A stretch of 24,000 bases of DNA from Changchengzhania lutea (GCF_006974145.1 NZ_CP039456.1:2518499-2542498), one strand, 5' to 3'. Counted from the first letter of the stretch, positions 16,872-23,960 are shown. Program-made: numbers and translations. The notes: generated by a model from the sequence alone, not told the origin.

Positions 16872-17189
16872 ATGAAAATAGTTTGGACTGATTTTGCTAT
16901 CAGAAATTTAAAGGACATTTTTGACTATTATTCTACTAAAGCTAATAAAAAGGTTGCTCATAAAATTAGAAGACAAATCCTTAAATCTTCAAAACAGCTT
17001 AAAAATAATCCGAATTCTGGCCCAATTGAATCAAGCCTCACAATACTTAAGAAAAATCATAGGTATTTAGTGAGCGGAAACTACAAATTGATTTACAGAC
17101 TAATAGATAATCAAGTAATAATAAATGATGTTTTTGACACAAGGCAAAATCCATCTAAAATGAATGATGAAAAGCGAAAAGCGGAATAA
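16872..17189 (+). CDS. Type II toxin, ParE/RelE family
   Basis: About 105 aa counted from the ATG at 16872 (MKIVWTDFAIRNLKDIFDYY ... YRLIYRL ... VFD.R). The pattern is typical of plasmid-stabilisation ParE-like toxins. The tracked ORF start at 16863 is a TTG that overlaps the antitoxin stop. Confidence 0.8.
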   Translation: MKIVWTDFAIRNLKDIFDYYSTKANKKVAHKIRRQILKSSKQLKNNPNSGPIESSLTILKKNHRYLVSGNYKLIYRLIDNQVIINDVFDTRQNPSKMNDEKRKAE

Positions 17190-17235
17190 AGCACTACTGG
17201 CAACACCGTGTCCTATGAAAAGCACTAGCCTAGTT

Positions 17236-18660
17236 CTTCAAAGTTAATATTTATTTTTTTAATTATCTCATAATGATGATTCTGTGGTGTTGGAATGTTG
17301 ATAATTCCGATAGGATTATCAATATTTCAATCGCCTTTAAATAACTTGCTCCGCATCCTATATGTGATCCATTGTAAAACTTGATGGTCACCAGCATCTG
17401 TATGATTATAAGTTATAATAAACCTGGCCACTTGCTATAAATGTGTGATACCTATTAATCTGGTTCACCTACGGTGTTCTGTGATACAGGTTTTGCTACT
17501 TCTTTGTGAGCTTGGTTATTGATTTATATTATTCTATAACACCTATGGTGTAGGGTGTTTCTGTTTTTATGACCGCTAAGGTTCTACTCAATAATTTACG
17601 TGCTATTTTCACTATGATGCTCTTTGCGTTCTTCCCTACGTGTTTTCTATAATAGGCTTGCATCACAGGATCTGTACGTATGGCTTGCCATGAGGCTTCT
17701 ATAAAATAACTCCGCATTAATCGGTGTGCTCGCATGGTAATGCCTGTGTGCCTTTGGTTGTCTCCACTTTGGTGAATTCCTGGTGCTAGACCTACATAGC
17801 CCGCCAAACGTTTTATGCTATTAAAGCGGCGCAAATCTCCCAACTCGCAGATGATACCACAAGCGACAATACCTCCTATTCCTGGAATACTGCGTAAAAG
17901 ATAATAGTCCTTTTTATAATGCTTGCGACAATAAGCCCGAAGTTTGGTAGACACATCGCGTAATTCCTTATCTATAAATCTGAAGTTTCGCATCCTGCTA
18001 TCCAAAGTCTCTCGAGCTGTGGGATGACTAAAAGTCAAGGCGTCTAGCCAATCTCTAAATTTATGACTCCAATGATCATTATCAAAGGCCTCTGGAATGC
18101 TTACGCCAAAATACAATAACTGCATTTTTATGTAACTCTTCACCCGTCTAAAATCCTTGACCAAGTCGTTGCGTCTTCTAAAAAGACTACGTAGTTGCTC
18201 ACGCTCTACTTCTGGAATAGTAATACTCTCCAATCTGCCATCCTTTAGTTCTCTGGCTATTAATTGGGCATCGATCTTATCGGTCTTGGTAAAGCGTTCT
18301 TTTCCCTTGCGATGGATATCTGCTGGATTTACAACCAGTGAGCGCCAGCCATATCCTTCAAAATTGCGATGGGCGTAATAACCACAGCAGCCTGCTTCGT
18401 AAGCTGTTGAAACTTCATGACCCTTAAAATGGGTAGTGACATACGTTTTTAATAACTCTGGCTTTGGTGGCATGGTAAAGGACTTTCCTGAAAATAAATC
18501 CGTAGCACAGTGAATTTTCCAACTACGTTTGTGAATGTCAATACCAATGTATAACTTTGGTTGGGCAGTAATTTGAGTGTTCATATCTTTTAAGTTTTTG
18601 TGAATTATAAAGATACTTGACTTACTGCTTTTTCATGGATGCTATAATTAATGGCTAGTT
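17236..18660 (-). mobile_element. IS110-family insertion sequence (IS1111-like layout: ~70-nt 5' and ~290-nt 3' non-coding ends)
   Basis: CTAGTT is present at both junctions (17230-17235 and 18655-18660). Removing 1425 bp restores a continuous PE arm. There are no terminal inverted repeats, as expected for this family. The boundary could equally be 17230-18654. Confidence 0.7.
17529..18584 (-). CDS. IS110-family DEDD transposase/recombinase
   Basis: 351 aa. The N-terminal RuvC-like DEDD domain (LYIGIDIHKRSW ... E ... NPADI ... KTDKIDA) is followed by a C-terminal Transposase_20 region (IPGIGGIVACGIICELGDLRRF ... GLAPGIHQSG). Confidence 0.95.
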   Translation of the reverse strand: MNTQITAQPKLYIGIDIHKRSWKIHCATDLFSGKSFTMPPKPELLKTYVTTHFKGHEVSTAYEAGCCGYYAHRNFEGYGWRSLVVNPADIHRKGKERFTKTDKIDAQLIARELKDGRLESITIPEVEREQLRSLFRRRNDLVKDFRRVKSYIKMQLLYFGVSIPEAFDNDHWSHKFRDWLDALTFSHPTARETLDSRMRNFRFIDKELRDVSTKLRAYCRKHYKKDYYLLRSIPGIGGIVACGIICELGDLRRFNSIKRLAGYVGLAPGIHQSGDNQRHTGITMRAHRLMRSYFIEASWQAIRTDPVMQAYYRKHVGKNAKSIIVKIARKLLSRTLAVIKTETPYTIGVIE

Positions 18661-18770
18661 TTAGGTTAATTAAGAAAATCCTCTCGGATTTTCTATCTGG
18701 TGTTTATTTGCTAAATTAGGTACTTAAACACGCCACTAATCATATACATAAACGTTAGCTTTAATTTAAA

Positions 18771-19133
18771 ATGCACCACGTTAAAGAATTTATAATAGAT
18801 AATAAAGACAAAATATTTGACTCAATTTCGGCTATTGGACTGATTCTTGACATGATAGGTGTTTATTTATTATTTAAGTTAAAAGATAAATATTTCGACA
18901 GACTAAAAATCGCATTTAAAATAGAACGTAAAATTCCATTTGCAGGAGATTCTAAACCTGTTAATTTAGTTAACTCATCTATAAGGATTTTAAAAAATGA
19001 ATTTAATGACATGATTAATGAATTAACTTTAAAAAACCAAGAAACGAGTAAAAAAGCCAACAAAGCAATGGTATTAATAATATTGGGTTTTGGATTACAG
19101 TTTTTAGTATATGCAATAAAGATATTTCACTAA
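18771..19133 (+). CDS. Hypothetical small membrane protein
   Basis: The 120 aa have hydrophobic segments near both ends (ISAIGLILDMIGVYLLF and MVLIILGFGLQFLVYAI). I recognise no family. Confidence 0.5.
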   Translation: MHHVKEFIIDNKDKIFDSISAIGLILDMIGVYLLFKLKDKYFDRLKIAFKIERKIPFAGDSKPVNLVNSSIRILKNEFNDMINELTLKNQETSKKANKAMVLIILGFGLQFLVYAIKIFH

Positions 19134-19270
19134 CTGAATAGTGTTTTGTAAAAAAAATATAAAAAGATATTGCGGTACCCATCAAAAAAATATGGAATAA
19201 AAGAAACATATAATCTGACTTTAAACCAAAAAAATAGATTATGATTAGAGCAAAAACTAAAGCTAATTGA

Positions 19271-21120
19271 GTAGACGGGTGACGACTTAAAAGTCGTCAC
19301 TGCGCCTCTCACACCACCGTACGTACGGGTCTCGTATACGGCGGTTCACCAAATTGAAGTTTGCGTATTATTAATGTAATCTAACAAAGGTTTATACCCT
19401 TTTCGTTTAAGTCTAGAGACTGTAATAGTAGTCTTTAGAATAGGACTTTGAGCAACTGCCCAGCCTCCCATTCTTGTTCTACTCCAAGCATAGGCTTGTC
19501 CGATTTCTATACCTAATTGAATTAGGTTTTTACGTTTCCGTTCTAGTTTCTTCCAATCGTGCCAAATACAATAGCGCAACCGATTTCTTAGCCACTCATC
19601 TAGCTTTTTACTTTTTGCATAGATGTTGGTTAAGCGGTAATTGTTCATCCAGCCTCGGCAGACTTGATTAAGTCGTTCGAGTCGTTCTAACAACGACATG
19701 GGTTTGGTTTTCTTGGTTATACTTTTTAGGTTACGTTTAAACTTTGCCCAACTTTTATTGGCTACCACTAGTACATATTGTCCTTTTACACCCTTTTTAT
19801 AGATGGGTACAAAACCATGCCCGAGTAACTCAAAGTTTACAGGTCTGCGGATGCCACTTTTGGCTTTGTTTATAGGTAATTTAAGTTTATCTTTTAAGAA
19901 GACAAACAGTCTATTTCCTATTTGTTTAGCCTCGCTTTTGCTTTTGGCGTAAACGCTAAAATCATCAGCGTAGCGAACATAACGCAAGCCCATGCTTTTC
20001 ATTTCTTTGTCCAAAACATCTAACATAATATTAGATAATAAGGGACTAATTGGACTGCCTTGCGGGATGCCTTTTCTGCGCTTTTGGAGTTTTCCATCTA
20101 TTAATATGGGAACTCTAAGCCATTTTCGGATTAATCGCAAAGTGGTCGGACATTTTACCTTGTGGTAAATAAGTTGCAGTAAGATACAGTGGTCTACTTG
20201 GTCAAAGAATCCTTCTAAATCAATATCTACAATATCTTGATAACCAGAATTGATATACGTTTGAGCTTGTAATACTGCTTTTTGGATGTTCTTTTGTGGA
20301 CGGAAACCGTAACTAACGGGTTCAAAATCATATTCAAAATGAACCATTAATTGTTGACTTACCGCTTTTTGAAGCCACCTATCGACTACAGTTGGTATTC
20401 CTAATAGTCGGGTTTTACCCTGTCCTTTTGGAATGGTTACTCCTAATATTGAATTTGGATTATAGCTGTTTGTGCGAATAGTCGATAGTATAGTCGAACG
20501 GTTTTCTAATATATAAGCGGAAAGCTCCGTTGTTTTCATACCATCTACACCGCTCGCGCCTTTATTGCGCTCCACTTGTCGTGTTGCTTTAAAAAGGTTT
20601 GTTGCTGATAATACGTTTTCAATCATAGGTTTAATAATTCGTGTACTCCTGTTGGTTTAAAACTAGGCTAGCTAGGCATCCTAATCGAATTCCAACGTAA
20701 TTTAATGTTCTGTCCTTCCCTACTTGTGAGACCATCTGAGGTATTGCCTCAACTCGTTTCCCGTAGGTACTATGACCTCTGCTGACTTCTCCAAATAACC
20801 AACTCGTAGTTTTGGAGACCTCCCCAGGTAATGACATCTTCTTTCTCTCAATCACTGCCGTATCTACATATTTACCCTTTTGGTGTTCGTTGGGCGTTAC
20901 AATGATGTGCTTGCTTACCCAAGTAAATATGCCTCTGTATACGATTTCTGTTCGTCAGTACCGAGTTTTGTAGTTCCGCTTCCTTCAGATAGAACCTCAC
21001 GGTTTTCACCCTTGCGACTTACTAATGCTTCAAGACGTTACTCCTGTACATAAGGGACTTGCACCCTCTAGATTAATTATTTACCTTTCCGTAAATAAAA
21101 GATGCCCATGCTGGGCACAC
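19271..21120 (-). mobile_element. Group II intron I3 (class C-like), identical copy of I4
   Basis: 1850 bp. The 5' end is GTGTGCCCAGCATGGGCATC (21120 downward). Domain V is CCGCCGTATACGAGACCCGTACGTACGGTGG. The terminal hairpin is GTGACGAC-TTTTAA-GTCGTCAC, and the 3' end is ...CCGTCTAC (19271). Confidence 0.85.
19346..20626 (-). CDS. Group II intron reverse transcriptase/maturase (no endonuclease domain)
   Basis: 426 aa with the motifs RLLGIPTVVDRWLQ, GIPQGSPISPLLSN, YADDFSVY and RGWMNNY. Confidence 0.95.
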   Translation of the reverse strand: MIENVLSATNLFKATRQVERNKGASGVDGMKTTELSAYILENRSTILSTIRTNSYNPNSILGVTIPKGQGKTRLLGIPTVVDRWLQKAVSQQLMVHFEYDFEPVSYGFRPQKNIQKAVLQAQTYINSGYQDIVDIDLEGFFDQVDHCILLQLIYHKVKCPTTLRLIRKWLRVPILIDGKLQKRRKGIPQGSPISPLLSNIMLDVLDKEMKSMGLRYVRYADDFSVYAKSKSEAKQIGNRLFVFLKDKLKLPINKAKSGIRRPVNFELLGHGFVPIYKKGVKGQYVLVVANKSWAKFKRNLKSITKKTKPMSLLERLERLNQVCRGWMNNYRLTNIYAKSKKLDEWLRNRLRYCIWHDWKKLERKRKNLIQLGIEIGQAYAWSRTRMGGWAVAQSPILKTTITVSRLKRKGYKPLLDYINNTQTSIW

Positions 21121-21256
21121 ACAACGTATAACAGCAAATAGCGGGTATTGTACTGAAAATTGTCATTTCAGAGATCAAGTAACAAACCACAAAACCGACA
21201 AGAACGTGTCCTTACTCCACGCCACTTGCGTTATACAAGACCGTTGCCATTAATAC
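21121..21256. repeat. Palindromic element PE11 (about 135 bp)
   Basis: Arm GTATAACAGCAAATAGCGGG (21126-21145) pairs with arm CCACGCCACTTGCGTTATAC (21217-21236), with 2 A:C mismatches and 2 single-nt bulges. The central hairpin CTGAAA-N7-TTTCAG is at 21153-21171. The right terminus is CCGTTGCCATTAATAC. The left terminus GCTAATTGA (19262-19270) is separated from it by intron I3. Confidence 0.6.
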
Positions 21257-21289
21257 CAGAAAAACTTTGCGGATTGAAAAAAATGTACT

Positions 21290-21314
21290 AACTTTGTAAT
21301 TACAAAACAAAGTT
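21290..21314. promoter_or_regulatory. Candidate mazEF operator: nested palindromes AACTTTGT-N9-ACAAAGTT and TTGTAATTACAA
   Basis: These perfect inverted repeats end at the nucleotide before the antitoxin ATG (21315). Confidence 0.4.
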
Positions 21315-21560
21315 ATGGAAACAGCAATTATAAAAATTGGAAATTCAAAAGGTCTGCGTTTAAGCAAGACTATTTTGGAAAAATACAACATAAAAGACAA
21401 AGTCGAAATGATTTTAGAAAAAGGACAAATAATCCTAAAGCCAATTGATAGCCCAAGAAAAAATTGGGGAAAAGCGTTTGAAGAGATGCGTGAAAATAAT
21501 GATGACCGATTATTATTCAATGATGTCTTTGAGGACGAAAATTTTGAGGAATGGAATTAG
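21315..21560 (+). CDS. mazE: AbrB/MazE/SpoVT-family antitoxin
   Basis: 81 aa. The N-terminal swapped-hairpin motif (IIKIGNSKGLRLSKTILEKYNI) is followed by an acidic C-terminus. It overlaps the toxin gene by 10 nt. Confidence 0.8.
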   Translation: METAIIKIGNSKGLRLSKTILEKYNIKDKVEMILEKGQIILKPIDSPRKNWGKAFEEMRENNDDRLLFNDVFEDENFEEWN

Positions 21561-21874
21561 AACAGTATTCAATCGTACTCGTAAATCTTGACCCAACAAT
21601 AGGTAGCGAAATTAAAAAAACAAGACCTTGTGTAATTGTTTCGCCAAACGAAATTAATAAGTTTTTAAGAACAATCGTAGTTGCACCAATGACAACGAAC
21701 TTGAAAAATTATCCAACCAGAATTAAAGTAAAGCATAACGGAAAAAAAGGAATGATTGCAATCGACCAAATTCGGACAATTGACAAATCTCGAATAATAA
21801 AAAAGTTTGACCAATTATCGAAATCTGAAATACAGAAATGCAAAGATATTATCAGAGAAACTTTTGTGGATTAA
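21551..21874 (+). CDS. mazF: MazF/PemK-family endoribonuclease toxin
   Basis: 107 aa. VLVNLDPTIGSEIKKTRPCVIVSP ... VVAPMTT ... IDQIRTIDKSR is the typical PemK/MazF pattern. Confidence 0.9.
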   Translation: MELEQYSIVLVNLDPTIGSEIKKTRPCVIVSPNEINKFLRTIVVAPMTTNLKNYPTRIKVKHNGKKGMIAIDQIRTIDKSRIIKKFDQLSKSEIQKCKDIIRETFVD

Positions 21875-21919
21875 AACTGACTTTTGAACAAAAAAACGAA
21901 AAGTACTAATGCCAATTGA

Positions 21920-23769
21920 GTAGACGGGTGACGACTTAAAAGTCGTCACTGCGCCTCTCACACCACCGTACGTACGGGTCTCGTATACGGCGGTTCACCA
22001 AATTGAAGTTTGCGTATTATTAATGTAATCTAACAAAGGTTTATACCCTTTTCGTTTAAGTCTAGAGACTGTAATAGTAGTCTTTAGAATAGGACTTTGA
22101 GCAACTGCCCAGCCTCCCATTCTTGTTCTACTCCAAGCATAGGCTTGTCCGATTTCTATACCTAATTGAATTAGGTTTTTACGTTTCCGTTCTAGTTTCT
22201 TCCAATCGTGCCAAATACAATAGCGCAACCGATTTCTTAGCCACTCATCTAGCTTTTTACTTTTTGCATAGATGTTGGTTAAGCGGTAATTGTTCATCCA
22301 GCCTCGGCAGACTTGATTAAGTCGTTCGAGTCGTTCTAACAACGACATGGGTTTGGTTTTCTTGGTTATACTTTTTAGGTTACGTTTAAACTTTGCCCAA
22401 CTTTTATTGGCTACCACTAGTACATATTGTCCTTTTACACCCTTTTTATAGATGGGTACAAAACCATGCCCGAGTAACTCAAAGTTTACAGGTCTGCGGA
22501 TGCCACTTTTGGCTTTGTTTATAGGTAATTTAAGTTTATCTTTTAAGAAGACAAACAGTCTATTTCCTATTTGTTTAGCCTCGCTTTTGCTTTTGGCGTA
22601 AACGCTAAAATCATCAGCGTAGCGAACATAACGCAAGCCCATGCTTTTCATTTCTTTGTCCAAAACATCTAACATAATATTAGATAATAAGGGACTAATT
22701 GGACTGCCTTGCGGGATGCCTTTTCTGCGCTTTTGGAGTTTTCCATCTATTAATATGGGAACTCTAAGCCATTTTCGGATTAATCGCAAAGTGGTCGGAC
22801 ATTTTACCTTGTGGTAAATAAGTTGCAGTAAGATACAGTGGTCTACTTGGTCAAAGAATCCTTCTAAATCAATATCTACAATATCTTGATAACCAGAATT
22901 GATATACGTTTGAGCTTGTAATACTGCTTTTTGGATGTTCTTTTGTGGACGGAAACCGTAACTAACGGGTTCAAAATCATATTCAAAATGAACCATTAAT
23001 TGTTGACTTACCGCTTTTTGAAGCCACCTATCGACTACAGTTGGTATTCCTAATAGTCGGGTTTTACCCTGTCCTTTTGGAATGGTTACTCCTAATATTG
23101 AATTTGGATTATAGCTGTTTGTGCGAATAGTCGATAGTATAGTCGAACGGTTTTCTAATATATAAGCGGAAAGCTCCGTTGTTTTCATACCATCTACACC
23201 GCTCGCGCCTTTATTGCGCTCCACTTGTCGTGTTGCTTTAAAAAGGTTTGTTGCTGATAATACGTTTTCAATCATAGGTTTAATAATTCGTGTACTCCTG
23301 TTGGTTTAAAACTAGGCTAGCTAGGCATCCTAATCGAATTCCAACGTAATTTAATGTTCTGTCCTTCCCTACTTGTGAGACCATCTGAGGTATTGCCTCA
23401 ACTCGTTTCCCGTAGGTACTATGACCTCTGCTGACTTCTCCAAATAACCAACTCGTAGTTTTGGAGACCTCCCCAGGTAATGACATCTTCTTTCTCTCAA
23501 TCACTGCCGTATCTACATATTTACCCTTTTGGTGTTCGTTGGGCGTTACAATGATGTGCTTGCTTACCCAAGTAAATATGCCTCTGTATACGATTTCTGT
23601 TCGTCAGTACCGAGTTTTGTAGTTCCGCTTCCTTCAGATAGAACCTCACGGTTTTCACCCTTGCGACTTACTAATGCTTCAAGACGTTACTCCTGTACAT
23701 AAGGGACTTGCACCCTCTAGATTAATTATTTACCTTTCCGTAAATAAAAGATGCCCATGCTGGGCACAC
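21920..23769 (-). mobile_element. Group II intron I4, identical copy of I3
   Basis: It has the same 1850-bp sequence as 19271-21120 at a constant offset of 2649 bp, with identical encoded protein. The flanks differ, so these are two separate insertions. Confidence 0.85.
21995..23275 (-). CDS. Group II intron reverse transcriptase/maturase (no endonuclease domain)
   Basis: The 426 aa are identical to the product of 19346-20626. Confidence 0.95.
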   Translation of the reverse strand: MIENVLSATNLFKATRQVERNKGASGVDGMKTTELSAYILENRSTILSTIRTNSYNPNSILGVTIPKGQGKTRLLGIPTVVDRWLQKAVSQQLMVHFEYDFEPVSYGFRPQKNIQKAVLQAQTYINSGYQDIVDIDLEGFFDQVDHCILLQLIYHKVKCPTTLRLIRKWLRVPILIDGKLQKRRKGIPQGSPISPLLSNIMLDVLDKEMKSMGLRYVRYADDFSVYAKSKSEAKQIGNRLFVFLKDKLKLPINKAKSGIRRPVNFELLGHGFVPIYKKGVKGQYVLVVANKSWAKFKRNLKSITKKTKPMSLLERLERLNQVCRGWMNNYRLTNIYAKSKKLDEWLRNRLRYCIWHDWKKLERKRKNLIQLGIEIGQAYAWSRTRMGGWAVAQSPILKTTITVSRLKRKGYKPLLDYINNTQTSIW

Positions 23770-23960
23770 ACACTGTATATAGCAAATAGGGCATTCGGTG
23801 GTTTGTGAAACTTTGGTAGTTATTTGAAACACCGCCAAATCGTTGATTTGGCTTTTAAGAATGAGTAATTTAAAAACAAAATAAACGATTTGGCTCAGTG
23901 CAAACTTGAAAGTTTATCGCTTTCTACTGCCCTACTTGCCATATACTAACAGTTAGCCAC
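23770..23960. repeat. Palindromic element PE12 (about 190-bp type, homologous to PE8)
   Basis: The arms TATATAGCAAATAGGGCA (23776-23793) and TGCCCTACTTGCCATATA (23928-23945) give 16 Watson-Crick pairs plus 2 A:C, at the same relative positions as in PE8. The central hairpin GCCAAATC-GTT-GATTTGGC is at 23834-23852. The right terminus is CTAACAGTTAGCCAC. The left terminus GCCAATTGA (21911-21919) is separated from it by intron I4. Confidence 0.7.

Larger units (their letters stand above)
17190..18767. repeat. Palindromic element PE10, split by the IS110-family element
   Basis: The left part is GCACTACTGGCAACACCGTGTCCTATGAAAAGCACTAGC (17190-17229). After the IS comes TTAGGTTAATTAA, then the central hairpin GAAAATCC-TCTC-GGATTTTC (18674-18693), the right arm and the terminus ATACATAAACGTTAGCTTTAAT ending 3 nt before the next ATG. 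Confidence 0.5.

Noticed and set aside
968-19671. Many 60-105-aa ORFs lie antisense to, or nested in, larger genes: 968-1282, 3260-3487, 6846-7052, 7981-8163, 8242-8496, 9283-9468, 9404-9667, 9981-10181, 10520-10726, 11151-11348, 13019-13222, 18157-18378, 18863-19063, 19015-19209, 19130-19312, 19474-19671, and 22123-22320 just beyond this range.
   Set aside because: These are shadow ORFs opposite well-supported genes in AT-rich DNA. They have no recognisable motifs, and several are duplicated only because the underlying intron is duplicated.
20631-20855. A 74-aa ORF upstream of the RT gene has an identical second copy at 23280-23504.
   Set aside because: It lies inside intron domains I-III of I3/I4. 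The duplication simply reflects the duplicated intron, and the sequence has no recognisable protein features. The same reasoning applies to 14019-14207, 14331-14534, 14412-14636 and 16114-16314 inside I1/I2.
21212-21520. A 102-aa minus-strand ORF overlaps the PE11 right arm and the mazE gene.
   Set aside because: It lies antisense to a well-supported antitoxin gene and its operator, and the sequence is low-complexity. I consider it spurious.
12751-23275. The four reverse-transcriptase ORFs might be retron, DGR, Abi-type or other defence-associated RTs.
   Set aside because: Each RT is embedded in sequence with group II intron hallmarks on the same strand. These are a 5' GTGTG start, a canonical or near-canonical domain V (GAGCCGTAT...ACGGTTC or CCGCCGTA...TACGGTGG) and a domain VI/terminal hairpin directly after the ORF. 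The proteins carry the maturase X region (RGWINYY/F). They are intron-encoded proteins.
19271-23769. The identical I3/I4 copies might be an assembly artefact.
   Set aside because: This is not fully excluded, but the two copies have distinct unique flanks on both sides, with different PE arms and different upstream sequences. That is what two real insertions would show. I keep it as a caveat to check with long reads.
1587-23960. The recurring intergenic repeats might form a CRISPR array.
   Set aside because: The repeats are long internal palindromes of variable length (about 35-190 bp) and variable sequence. They are separated by kilobase-scale gene modules rather than short uniform spacers, and no cas genes are present.
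1587-23960. This might be a canonical (class 1-5 or Vibrio-type) integron.
   Set aside because: There is no intI gene or attI/Pc arrangement in the window. The PE termini (TGGCAAC / GTTGCCA) do not fit RYYYAAC / GTTRRRY apart from the AAC/GTT triplets, and several PEs exceed usual attC lengths. Only an integron-like analogy is retained as a hypothesis.
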